Below are positions 46,701 through 64,000 of a stretch of 64,000 nucleotides of DNA, piece after piece; position 1 is the first letter of the stretch; every line of letters begins with the position of its first letter. The translations under genes and the position numbers were made by a program. The stretch is from the human T2T-CHM13v2.0 reference genome, Homo sapiens, in assembly GCF_009914755.1 (NCBI RefSeq), contig NC_060935.1, one strand, 5' to 3'. The notes beneath the pieces were generated by a model. The model was not told the origin of the DNA. It saw nothing but the letters and a program-made list of their open reading frames with translations, and searched no databases.

Positions 46701-49498
46701 CACTTGCAGATTCTTCAAAAAGAGTGTTTGAAAAAAGCTCTGTGAAAGGCTATGTTCAACTCCGTGAGTTGAATGCAATCATCACAAAGAAGTTTCTGAG
46801 AATGCTTCAGTCTAGTTTTTATGTGAAGCTATTTCATTTTCTACCTTAGGCCTCATAGTGCTCCAAATATCCACCTGCAGATTCCACAGAAAGAGTGTTT
46901 CAAAACTGCTCTATCAAAAAGAAGGTTCAATTCTGTAAGTTGAATGCACACATAACAAACAAGTTCCTGAGAATGCTTCTGTCTAGTTTTCATGTGAAGA
47001 TATTCCCGTTTCCAACGAAGGCCTTAAAGCAGTCCAAGTATCCACTTGCAGTTTCCACAAAAAGAGTGTTCAAAACTCCTCTATCCAAAGGAAGGTTCAA
47101 CTGCGTGAGTTGAATGCACACATAACAAAGAACTTTGTGAGAATGTTTCTATCTAGTTTTTATGTGAAGATATTCCTGTTTCCAACGAAGGCCTCAAAGC
47201 AGACAACATATCCACTTGCAGATTCTACAAAAAGAGTGTTTGAAAACCGCTCTATGGAATGATATGTTCAGCTCTGTGAGTTGAATGCAATCATCACAAA
47301 GAAGTTTCTGAGAATGCTTCTGCATAGTTTTTATTTGAATATATTCCCATTTCCAACGAAGGCCTCAAAGCAGTCCAAGTATCCACTTGCAGATTCTACA
47401 AAAAGAGTGTTTGAAAACGGCTCTATGGAAAGGTATGTTCAACTCTGTGAGTTGAATGCAATCTTCACAAATAAGTTTCTGAGAATGCTTCTGTCTAGTT
47501 TTTATGTGAAGATATTCCCGTTTCAAAGGTAAGCCTCAAAGTGCTCCAAATATCCACTTGCAGATTCTACAAAAAGAGTGTTTCAAAGCTGCTCTATCAA
47601 AAGGAAAGTTCAACTGTGTGAGTTGAATGCACACATCACAAAGCAGTTTCTGAGAATGCTTCTGTCAATTTTTTAGGTGAAGACATTCCCGTTTCCAACG
47701 AAAGCCTCAAAGCCGTCCAAATATACACTTGCAGATTCTACAAAAAGAGTGTTTGAAAACCACTCTATGAAAAGGTATGTTCATTTCTGTGAGTTGAATG
47801 CAATCATCCCAAAGAAGTTTCTGAGAATGCTTCAGTCTAGTTTTTATGTGAAGACATTACATTTCCTACCATAGGCCTCAATGCGCTCCAAATATCCACT
47901 TGGAGATTCTACAAAAAGAGTGTTTCAAAACTCCCCTATCAAAAGGCAGGTTAAGCTCTGTGAGTTGAATGCACACATAACAAAGTAGTTCCTGAGAATG
48001 CTTCTGTCTAGTTTTCATGTGAAGATATTCCCGTTTCCAACGACGTCCTCAAAGCAGTGCAAATATCCACTTGCAGATTCTACAAAAAGAGTGTTTCAAA
48101 ACTACTCTATGAAAAGAAAGGTTCAACTCCGTGAGTTGAATGCACACATAACAAAGAAGGTTCTGAAAATGCTTCACTCTAGTTTTTATGTGAAGACATT
48201 TCCGTTTCAACCGTAGGCCTCAAAGTGCTCCAAATATCCACTTGCAGGTTCTACAAAATGAGTGTTTCAAAACTGCTCTATAAAAAGGAAGGTTCATCTC
48301 AGTGAGTTGAATGCACACATAACAAAGAAGCTACTGAGAATGCTTCTGTTTAGTTTTTTTGTGTATATATTCCCTTTCCCAGAGAAGGTCTCAAAGCAGT
48401 CCAAATATCCAGTTGCAGATTCTACAAAAAGAGGGTTTCAAAACTCCTCTATGAAAAGGTATGTTCAACTCTGTGAGTTCAAAGAAATCATCACAAAGAA
48501 GTTTCTGAGAATGCTTCTGTCTAGTTTTTATGTGAAGATATTTCCTTTTCTACAGTAGGCCTCAAAGTGCTCCAAACATCCACTTGCAGATTCTACAAAA
48601 AGTGTGTTTCAAAACTGCTCTATCAAAAAGAAGGTTCAACTCTCTGAGCTGAATGCACACATCACAAGGAAGTTCCTGAGAATGCTTCTGTCTAGTTTTC
48701 ATGTGAAGATTTTCCCTTTTTCAACGAAGGCCTCAAAGCAGTCCAAATATCCACTTGCAGATTCTACAAAAAGAGAGTTTCAAAACTGCTCTATCAAAAG
48801 GAAGGTTCAACACAGTGAGTTGAATGCACACATCACAAAGAGTTTTCTGAGAATGCTTCTGTCTGGTTTTTATGTGAGGATATTCCCATTTCCAACAAAG
48901 GCCTCAAGGCATTCCAGTTGTCCACTTGCAGATTGTACAAAAAGAGTGTTTGAAAACCGCTCTATGAAAACGTGTGTTCAAATATGTGAGTTGAATGCAA
49001 TAATTCCAAAGAAGTTTCTGAGAATGCTTCTGTCTTGTTTTTATGTGAAGATACTTCATTTTGCACAACAGGCTTCAATAGGCTCGAAATATCCACTTGC
49101 AGATTCTACAAAAAGAGTGTTTGAAAACTGCTCTATCAACAGAAGTTTCAACTCTGTGAGTTTAAAGCACACATAACAAAGAAGTTCCTGAGAATGCTTC
49201 TGTCTAGTTTTTATGTGGAGATATTCCCGTTTTCAGTGAAGGCCTCAAAGCAGTCCAAATATCCATTGGCAGATTCTAGAAAAAGAGTGTTTCAAAACTC
49301 CTCTAAGAAAAGGTATGTTCAACTCTGTGAGTTCAAGGCAGTCATCACAAAGAAGTTTCTGAGAATGCTTCTGTCTTGTTTTTATGTGAAGATATTTCAT
49401 TTTCTACAACAGGCCTCAGAGCGCTCCAAATATCCACTTGCCGATTCTACAAAAAGAGTGATTGAAAACTGCTCTATCAAAAGAAGTTACAACTCTGA

Positions 49499-50901
<1,403 letters not shown>

Positions 50902-53900
50902 AAAAAGAGTGTCTCAAAACTGCTCTATCAAAAGGCAGGTTCAACTCCGTGAGTTGATTGAACACATAACAAAGAAGTTTCTGAGAATGCTTCTGTCTAT
51001 TTTTTCTGTGAAGATATTCCCGTTTCAACCATAGGTCTCAAAGTGCTCCAAATATCCACTTGCAGATTCTACAAAACGAGTCTTTCAAAACTGCTCTATC
51101 AATACGAAGGTTCAACTCTGTGAGTTGAATGCACACATCACAAAGAAGTTTCTGAGAATGCTTCTGTCTAGTTTTTATGTGAAGATATTCCCGTTTCCAA
51201 TGAAAGCCTCAAAGCCATCCAAATGTCCACTTGCAGATTCTACAAAAAGAGTGTTTGAAAACTGCTCTATCAAAAGAAGATTCAACTCTGTGAGTTGAAA
51301 GCACACATCAGAAAGAATTTCCTGATAATGCTTCTGTCTAGCTTTTATGTGGAGATATTCCCGTTTTCAACGAAGGCCTCAAAGCAGTCCAAATATCCAT
51401 TTGCAGGTTCTACAAAAAGAGTGTCTCAAAACTGCTCTATCAAAAGGCAGGTTAAACTCCGTGAGTTGACTGCACACATAACAAAGAAGTTTCTGAGAAT
51501 GCTTCTGTCTATTTTTTCTGTGAAGATATTCCCATTTCAACTGTAGATCTCAAAGTGCTCCAAATACCCACTTGCAGATTCTACAAAACGAGTCTTTCAA
51601 AACTTCTCTATCAAAAGGAAAGTTCAACTCTGTGAGTTGAATGCACACATCACGAAGCAGTTTCTGAGAATGCTTCTGTCTAATTTTTATGTGAAGATAT
51701 TCCCATTTCCTATGAAAGCCTCAAAGCCATTCAATTATCCACTTGCAGATTCTACAAAAAGAGTGTTTAAAAACCGCTCTATGAAACGGTATGTTCACTT
51801 CTGTGAGTTGAATGCAATCATCCAAAGGAAGGTTCTAAGAATGCTTCAGTGTAGTTTTTATGTGAAGATATTCACGTTTGAACCATAGGCCTCAAAGTGC
51901 TCCAAATATCCACATGCAGATTCCACAAAAGGGGAGTTTCAAAACTGCTCTATCAAAAGGAAGGTTCAACACTGTGAGTTGAATGCATACATCACAAAGA
52001 AGTTTCTGAGAATGCTTCTCTCTAGTTTTAATGTGAAGATATTCCCGTTTCCAACGAAGGCCTTGAAGAAGTCCAAGTATCCACTTGCAAATTCTGCAAA
52101 AAGATTGTTAGAAAACCGCTCCATGGAACGGTATGTTCATCTCTGTGATTTGAATGCACACATAACAAAGTAGTTCCTGAGAATGCTTCTGTCTGGTTTT
52201 TACGTGAAGATATTCCCGTTTCCAACAATTCCTCAAAGTAGTCAAAATATCCACTTGCAGATTCTACAAAAGGAGTGTTTCAAATCTGCTCTATCAAAAG
52301 GAAGGTTCAACTCTGTGAGTTGAATGCCCACATCACAAAGGAGTTTCTGAGAAGGCTTCTCTCTAGAATTTATGTGAAGATATTCCCGTTTTGAACGAAG
52401 GCCTTAAAATAGTCAAAATATTCAATTGCAGATATTTAAAAAAAAGTGTTTCAAAACAGCTCTATCAAAAGGAAGGTTCGACTTTGTGACTTGAATGCAC
52501 ACATAACAAAGAAGTTCCTGAGAATGCTTCTGCCTAGTATTCATGTGAAGATATTCCCGTTTCCAACGAAGGCCTCAAAGCAGTCCACATATCCACTTGA
52601 AGATTCTACCAAAAGAGTGTTTCAAAACTCCGCTATCAAAAGGAACATTTAACTCTGTGAGTTGAATGCAATTATCACAAAGAAGTTTCTGAAAATCCTT
52701 CTGTCTAGTCTTATGTGAAGATACTTCCTTTTCTAACAAAGGCCACAAAGCACTCCGAGTATCCACTTGCAGATTGTAGAAAAAGAGTGTTTCAAAACTA
52801 CTCTATCAAAAGAAAGTTTCAACTCCTTGAGATGAATGCACACATATTAAAGAAGTTTCTGAGAATGCTTCTGTCCAGTTTTTATGAGAAGAATTCCCGT
52901 TTCAAGCGTAGGCCTCAAAGCAGTCCAAATATCCACTTGCAGATTCTACAAAAAGAGTATTTCAAAACTGCTCTATCAAAAGGAAGGATCAACTCTGTCA
53001 TTTGAATGCACACAGAAAAAAGAAGTTACTGAGAATGCTTCTGTCTAGTATTTATGTGAAGATATTCCCGTTTCCAACGAAGGCCTCAAAGCAGTCCAAA
53101 TATCCACTTCCAGATTCTACAAAAAGAGTGTTTCAAAACTGCTCTATCAAAAGAAATGTTCAACTCCGTGAGTTGAATGCACACATAACAAACAACTTTC
53201 TGAGAATGCTTCTGTCTACTTTGTATGTGAAGATATTCAGGTTTCCAATGAAGGCCTCAAAGCAGTCCAAATATCCACTTGCAGATTCTACAAAAAGAGT
53301 GTTTCAAAACCGCTCTGTGAAAAGGTATGTTCAACTCTGTGAGTTGAACGCAATCATCTCAGAGAAGTTTCTGAGAATGCCTCTGTCTAGTTTTTGTGTG
53401 AAGATATTTCCTTTTCTACCATAGGCCTCAAAGTGCTCAAAATATCCACTTGCAGTTCCTACAAAAAGGGTTTTTCAAAATTGCTCTATCAAAAGGAAGG
53501 TTCAAATTTGTGAGTTGAATGCACACATAACAAAGTAGTTTCTGAGAATGCTTCTGTCTAGATTTTATGTGACGATAATCCTGTTTCCAACGAAGTCCTA
53601 AAATCAGTCAAAATATCCACTTGCAGATTGTACAAAAAGAGAGTTTCAAAACTGCTCTTTCAAAAGCAAGGTTCAAGTCTGGGATTTGAATGCACACATA
53701 AGAAGAAATTCCTGAGAATGCTTCTGTCCAGTTTTTATGTGAATATATTCCCGATTCCAGCGAGGGCCTCAAAGCAGTCCAAATATGCAGTTGCAGATTC
53801 TACAAAAAGAGTGTTTCAAAACTGCCCTGTGAAAAGTTATGTTCAACTCTGTGAGTTGAAAGCACACAAAAAAAAGAAGTTTCTGAGAATGCTTCTGTCT

Positions 53901-56900
53901 AATTTTTATGTGAAGATATTCAAGTTTCCAACGAAGACCTGAAAGCAGTCCAAATATCCACTTGCAGATTCTACAAAAAGAGTGTTTCCAAACTCCTCTA
54001 TCAAAAGGAAGGTTCAACTCTGTGAGTTGATTGCACACATAACAAAGTAGTTTCAGAGAATGCTTCTGTCTAGATTTTATGTGGAGATACTCTCGTTTCC
54101 AACGAAGGTCTCAAAGCAGTCCAAATATCCACTTTCAGATTCTACAAAAAGAGTGTTTCAAAACTGCTCTATCAAAGGAATGTTCAACTCTGTGATTTGA
54201 ATGCACACATCACAAAGAAGTTTCTGAGAATGCTGCCGTCTAGTTTTAATGTGAAGATATTTCCTTTGCTACAATAGGCCTCAAAGTGCTCCAAATATCC
54301 ACTTGCAGATTCTACAAAAAGAGAGTTTCAAAAATGCTCTATCAAAAGAAATGTTCAACTTCGTGAGTGGAATGCAGACATAACAAAGAAGTTTATGAGA
54401 ATGCTTCTGTGTAGTTTGTTTGTAAAGATATTCAAGTTTCCAACGAAGGCCTCAAAGCAGTCTAAATATCCACTCGCAGATTCTACAAAAAGAGTTTTCC
54501 AAAACTGCTCTATCAAAAAGAAGGTTCACCTCTGTGATTTGAATGCACACATAAAAAAGAAGTTCCAGAGACTACATCTGTCTAGTATTTATGTGAAGAT
54601 ATTCTCATTTCAACCGCAGGCCTCAAAGTGCTCCAAATATCCACTTGCAGATTCTAGAAAGAGAGTGTTACAAAACTGCTCTATCAAAAGCAAGATTCAA
54701 CTTCGTGAGTTGAATTCAATCATCAAGAATTTTCTGAGAATCCTTCTGTCCAGTTTTTATGTGAAGATATTCCCGTTTGCAACGAAGGCCCCAAAGAAGT
54801 CCAAATATTCACTTGCAGTTTAAACAAAAAGAGTGTTTCAAAACTGCTGTATCAAAAGTAAGGTTCAACTCTGTGAGTTGAATGCACACATAAGAAAGAA
54901 GTTCCTGAGAATGCATCTGTTCAGTTTTTATGTGAATATATTCCCGTTTCCAGCGAAGACCTCAAAGCAGTCCAAATATCCACTTGGAGATTCTACAAAA
55001 AGAGTGTTTCAAAACTGCTGTATGAAAAGGTATGTTCAACACTGCGAGTTGAATGCACACATAACAAAGTCGATCCTGAGAATGCTTCTGTCTAGTATTT
55101 ATGTGAAGATATTCCGGTATACAACGACGGCCTCAAAGCAGTCCTAATAACCACTTGCAGATTCTACAAAAAGAGTGTTTCAAAACTGCTCTATCAAAAG
55201 AAAGCTTCAACTCTGTGAGTTGAATGCACACATAATAGAGAAGTTTTTGAGAATGCTTCCGTCTAGTTTTTATGTGAAGTTATTCCCGTTTCCAACGAGG
55301 ACCACAAAGCAGTCCAAATACCCACTTGCAGACTCTACAAAAAGGGTGTTTGAAAACCGCTGTATGAAGAGGTACATTCAACTCTGTGAGCTGAATGCAA
55401 TCATCACAAAGAAGTTCCTGAGAATGCTTCTGTCTACTTTTTATGTGACGATATTCCTGTTTCAATCATAGGACTCAAAGTGCTCCAAATATCCACTTGC
55501 AGATTCTACAAAAGGAGTGTTTCAAAACTGCTCTATCAAAAGGAAGGTTTCACTCTGTGAGTTGAATGCACACATCACAAAGAAGTTTCAGAGAATGTTT
55601 CTGTCTAGTTTTTATGTGACGATATTCCTGTTTCCAATGAGGGCCTCAAAGCAGTCCAAACATCCACTTGCAGATTATTCAAAAAGAGTGTCTGAAAACC
55701 GCTCTATGAAAACGTATGTTCAACTCCATGAGTTGAATGTAATCATTCCAAAGCAGTTTCTGAGAATACTTCTGTCTTGTTTTTATGTGAAGATATTTCA
55801 TTTTCTACCACAGGCCTCAAAGCGCTCCAAATATCCATTTGTAGATTCTACAAAAACAGTGTTTAAAAAATGCTCTATAAAAAAGAAGGTTCAAGTATGT
55901 GATTTGAATGCACCCATAACAAGGAAGTTCCTGAGAATGCTTCTGTCTAGTTTTTATGTGGAGATATTCCCCATTTCAATGAAGGCCTCAAAGCAGTCCA
56001 AATATCCACTTGCAGATTCTACAAAAAGAGTGTCTCAAAACTATTCAATCAAAAGGCAGGTTCACCTCCGTGAGTTGAATGCACACATAACAAAGAAGTT
56101 TCTGAGAATACTTCTGTCTAGTTTTCCTGTGAAGATATTCCCGTTTCAACTGTAGGTCTCAAAGTGCTCCAAATATCCACTTGCAGATTCCACAAAACGA
56201 GTCTTTCAAAACTGCTGTATGAAAAGGAAAGTTCAAATCTGTGAGTTGAATGCACACATCAAAAAGCAGTTTCTGTGAATGCTTCTGTCTAGTTTTTAGG
56301 TGAAGATATTCTCGTTTCCAACGAAAGCCTCAAAGCCGTCCAAATATCCACTTACATATTCTATAAAAAGAGTGTTTGAAAACTGCTCTATGAAAAGGTA
56401 TGTTCACTTCGGCGAGTTGAATGCAATCATCCCAAAGAAATTTCTGAGAATTCTTCTGTCTAGTTTTTATGTGAAGATATTTCATTTTCTACCATACTCC
56501 TCAATGCACTCCAAATATCCACTTGCAGATTCTACAAAAAGAGTGTTTGAAACCAGCTCTATCAAAAGGAAGGTTCAACTCTGTGAGTTGAATACACACA
56601 TAACAAACAAGTTCCTGAGAATGTTTCTGTCTAGTTTTCATGTGAAGAGATTCCCGTTTCCAACAAAGGCCTCAAAGCAGTCCAAATATCCACTTGCAGA
56701 ATCTACAAGAAGATTATTTCAAAACTGCTCTATCAAAAGGAAGGTTCAATTTTGTGAGTTGAATGCACACATAACAAAGTAGTTTCTGAGAATGCTTCTG
56801 TCTATATTTTATGTGAAGATATTCCTGTTTCCAACGAAGGCCTCAAAGCAGTCCAAATATCCACTTGCAGATTGTTACAAAAAGAGTGTTTCGAAACTTC

Positions 56901-59411
56901 TCTATCAAAAGTAAGGTTCTATTCTGTGAGTTGAATGCACACATAACAAAGAAGTTTCTGAGAATGCTTCTATCTAGATTTTATGTGAATATATTACTGT
57001 TCCCAGCGAAGGCCTCAAAGCAGCCCAAATATCCAATTGGAGATTCTACAAAAAGAGCTTTTCAAAACTGTTCTATGAAAAGGTATGTTCAACTCTGTGA
57101 GTTGAAGGTAATCGCCACAAGGAAGTTTCTGAGAATGCTTCTGTCTAGTTTTATGTGAAGATATTCCATTTTCTACCATAGGCCTCAAAGAGCTCCAAAT
57201 ATCTACTTGCAGATTCTACAAAAAGAGTGTTTCAAAACTGCTCTATCAAAAAGAAGGTTCAACACTGTGAGTTGAATGCACACATAATAAACAAGTTCCT
57301 GAGAATGCTTCTGTCTAGTTTTCATATGAAGATATTCCTTTTTGCAACAAAGCTCTCAAAGCACTCCAAATATCCACTTGCAGATTGTACAAAAAGAGTG
57401 TTTCAAAACTGCTCTATCAAAAGGAGGTTTGAACTCTTTGAGTTGATTGCACACATAACAAAAAGTTTCTGAGAATGCTTCTGTCTAGTTTTTATGTGAA
57501 GATATTCCCATTTCCAGTGAAGGCCTCCCAGCAGTCCAAATATCCACATGTAGATGCTACAAAAAGAGTGTTTCAAAACTGCTCTATCAAAAAGAAGTTT
57601 CAACTCTGTGATTTGAATGCACACATAAGAAAGAAGTTCCTGAGAATGCTACTGTCTAGTATTTATGTGAAGGAAGTTATTCCTGTTTCCAACGAAGGCC
57701 TCAAAGCAGTGCAGATTCCACAAAAAGTGTGTGAAAACCGCTCTATGAAAAGGTATGTTCAAGTCTGTGAGTTGAATGCCATCATCACAAAGAAGTTTCT
57801 GAGAATGCTTCTATCTGGTTTTTATGTGAAGATATTTCCTTTTCTACCATAGGCCTGAAAGTACTCCAAATATCCACTTGCAGATTCTACAAAAAGAGTG
57901 TTTCAAAACTGCTCTATCAAAAAAAAGGTTCAACTCTGTGAGTTTAATGCACACATAACCAAGTAGTTCCTGAGAATGCTTCTGTCCAGTTTTTATGTGA
58001 AGATATTCTGGTTTCCAACGAATTCCTCAAAGCAGTCCCAATATCTACTTGCAGATTCTACAAAAAGAGTCTTTCAAAACTGCTCTATCAAAAGGAAGGT
58101 TCAACTCTGTGAGTTGAATGCACACTTAACAAAGAAGTTTCTGAGAATGCTTCTGTCTAGTGTTTATGTGAATATATTGCCTTTTCCAATGAATGCCTAA
58201 CTGCACTCCAAATATCCACTTGCAGGTTCTACATAAAGAGAGTTTCAAAACTGCTCTTTCAAAAGTAAGGTTCAACAGTGTGAGTTGAATGCACACTGAC
58301 AAAGAAGTTCCTGAGAATGCTTCTGTCTAGTGTTTATGTAAATATATTCCCGTTTCCAACGAAGGCCTCAAAGCGATCCAAATATCCACTTGCAGATTCT
58401 ACAAAAAGAATTTTACAAAACTGCTCTGCGAAAAGGTATGTTCAAATTTGTGAGTTGAAGGCAATCATCCCAAAGAAGTTTCTGAGAATATTTCAGTCTA
58501 GCTTTTATGTGAAGATATTTCCTTTTCTACCATAGGCCTGAAAGTACTCCAAATATCCATTTGAAGATTATACAAAAAGAGTGTTTCAAAACTGCTCTAT
58601 CAAAAAGAAGGCTCAACTCTGTGAGTTGAATCCACACATAACAAAGAAGTTCCTGAGAATGCTTCTGTTTTGTATATATGTGAAGGAAGATTTTCCCGTT
58701 TCCAATGAAGGCCTCGAAGCAGTCCAAATATCCACTGGCAGATACTACAAAAAGAGTGTTTCAAAACTGCTCTATCAAAAGAAAGGTTCAACTCCGTGAG
58801 TTGAATGCACACATAACAAAGAAGTTTCTGAGAATACTTCTGTCTAGTTTTTATGTGAAGATATACCCTTTTCAACCGTAGGCCTCAGAGTGCTCCAAAT
58901 ATCGACTTGCAGATTCTATAAAAGGAGTGTTTCAAAACTGCTCTATCAAAAGGATGGTTCAAATCTGTGAGTTGAATGCACACATCACAAAGAAGTTTCT
59001 GAGAATGCTTCTGTCTTGTTTTTATGTGAAGATATTCCCGTTTCCAACGAAGGCCTCAAAGCAGTCCAAATATCCAATTGCAGACTCCACAAGAAGAGAG
59101 TTTGAAAACCGCTGTATGAAAAGGTATGTTCAACTCTGTGAGTTGAATGCAATCATCACAAAGAAGTTTCTGAGGATGCTTCTGTCTAGTTTTTATGTGA
59201 AGATATTTCATTTTCTACCATAGGCCTCAAAGCGCTCCAAATATCCACTTGCAGATTCTACAAAAAGAGTGTTTCAAATTGGTCTATCAAAAAGAAGGTT
59301 CAATTCTGTGATTTGAATGCACACATAACAAGGAAGTTCCTGAGAATTCTTGTGTCTAGTATTTATGTGAAGGAAGATATTCCCGTTTCCAACGAAGGCC
59401 CCAAAGCAGTC

Positions 59412-59781
59412 CAAATATCCACTTGCAGATTCTACAAAAGGAGTGTTTCAAAACTGCTCTATCAAAAGAGAAGTTCAACTCTGTGAGTTGAAAGCACACA
59501 TCACAAAGTAGTTTCTGAGAATGATTCTGTCTAGTGTTTATATGAAGGTACTACCTTTTCTACCATAGGCCTCAAAACGCTGCAAATATCCACTTGCAGA
59601 TTCTACAAAAGGAGTGTTTCAAAACTGCTCTATCAAAAGAGAAGTTCAACTCTGTGAGTTGAAAGCACACATCACAAAGTAGTTTCTGAGAATGATTCTG
59701 TCTAGTGTTTATATGAAGGTACTACCTTTTCTACCATAGGCCTCAAAACGCTGCAAATATCCACTTGCAGATTCTACAAAA
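59412..59781. repeat. Exact tandem duplication of one 171-bp alpha monomer
   Basis: 59412-59582 = 59583-59753, including private variants (AAAGAGAAGTTC, TGTTTATATGAAGGTACTACC, AAAACGCTGC). Confidence 0.95.
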
Positions 59782-61344
59782 CAAGGGTTTCAAAACTGCT
59801 CTATCAAAAGGAGGTTTGAACTCTTTGAGTTGATTGCACACATAACAAAAAGTTCCTAAGAGTGCTTCTGTCTAGTTTTTATGTGAAGATATTCCCGTTT
59901 CCAGTGAAGGCCTCCGAGCAGTCCAAATATACAAATGTAGATGCGACAAAAAGAGTGTTTCAAAACTGCTCTATCAAAAAGAAGTGTCAACTCTGTGATT
60001 TGAATACACACATAACAAAGTGGTTTCTGTGAATGCTTCTGTCTGGTATTTATGTGTGGATATTCCCGTTTCCAATGAAGGCCTCAAAGCAGTCACAATA
60101 TCCACTTGCAGATTCTACAAAAAGAGTGTTGCAAAACTGCCCTATCAAAAAGAAGCTCCAACTCTGTGATTTGAATGCACACATAACAAAGAAGTTACTG
60201 ATAATGCTTCTGTCTAGTATTTATGTGAAGGAAGATATTCCCGTGTCCAACGAAGGTCTCAAAGCAGTACAAATATCCACTTGCATATTCTACAAAAAGA
60301 GTGTTTCAAAACTCCTCTATCAAAAGAAAAGTTCAATTCCATGAGTTGAATGCACACGTAACAAAAAAGTTTCTGAGAAGGCTTCTGTCTAGTTTTTATG
60401 TGAACATATTCTCCTTTCAACCGTTGACATCAAAGTGCTCCAAATATCCACTTGCAGATTCTACAAAAGGAGTGTTTCAAAACTGTTCTATCAAAGGGAA
60501 GGTTAAACTCTGTGAGTTGGATGCACACATCACGAAGAAGTTTCTGAGAATGCTTCTGTCTAGCTTTTATGTGAAGATATTTCTGTTTCCAACGAAGGCC
60601 TCAAAGCAGTCCAAATATCCACTTGCAGATTCTACAAGAAGAGTGTTTGAAAACCGCTCTATGAAAACGTATGTTCAACCCTGTGAGTTGAATGCTATCA
60701 TCACAAAGAAGTTTCTGAGAATGCTTCTGTCTAGTTTTTATGTGAGGATATTTCATTTTCTACCATAGGCCACAAAGCACTCCAAATATACACTTAGAGA
60801 TACTACAAAAATAGTGTTTCAATACTGCTCTATCAAAAAGAAGATTCAAATCTGTGAGTTGAATGCACACATCACAAAGAAGTTTCTGTGAATGCTTCTG
60901 TCTAGTTTTCATGTGAAGATATTCCTGTTTCCAACGAAGGCCTCAAACAAGTCCAAATATCCACTTGCAGATTCTACAAAAAGAGTGTTTCAAAACTGCT
61001 CTATCAAAGGGAACGTTCAACTCTGTGAGTTGAATGCACACATCACAAAGAAGTTTCTGAGAATGCTTCTGTCTAGTTTTTATGTGAAGATATTCCCGTT
61101 TCCAATGAAGGCCTCAAAGCAGTCCTAATATCCACTTGCAGATTCTACAAAAAGCGTGTTTCAAAATTGCTCTATCAAAAGGAAGGTTCAACTCTGTGAG
61201 TTGAATGCACTCATAACAAAGAAGTTCCTGAGAATGTTTTTGTCTAGTTTTTATGTGAATATATTCCTGTTTCCAGCGAAGGCCTCAAAACAGTCCAAAT
61301 ATCCAGTTGCAGATTCTACAAAAGGAGTGTTTCAGAACTGCTCA

Positions 61345-64000
<2,656 letters not shown>

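Overview
Human pericentromeric DNA; a full-length AluYb8 supports human origin. Divergent, non-HOR alpha satellite occupies 1-5353 and 35627-61348, and the two blocks are in OPPOSITE orientation. They enclose a ~30 kb segmental-duplication island built from TRIM43/48/49/51-family pseudogene pieces and an ANKRD33B processed pseudogene. This combination is typical of the chr11 TRIM49/51 duplicons, but the exact locus cannot be determined here. The dominant structure is a ~19.5 kb palindrome: arms 6381-14214 and 18017-25854 (7.8 kb each) around a 3.8 kb spacer. By eye the inner 7.7 kb differs only by 3 SNVs plus STR changes. The outer ~1.1 kb of the left side is an older, ~5% diverged paralog. 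The breakpoints fit a two-step template switch (homologous switch inside an inverted Alu, then a non-homologous junction). The ANKRD33B retrocopy carries a 458-bp frameshifting extra exon, i.e. it appears to copy a poison-exon isoform. The spacer holds the TRIM RING/B-box exon and a perfect DUX4-type motif. The right alpha block has about 20 intact CENP-B box cores, nested duplications of 1 to ~13 monomers, an AluYb8, a 5'-truncated L1PA2 with a mini 3' transduction, and a twin-primed L1. No intact protein-coding gene, RNA gene or CRISPR array was found. All comparisons were done by eye.
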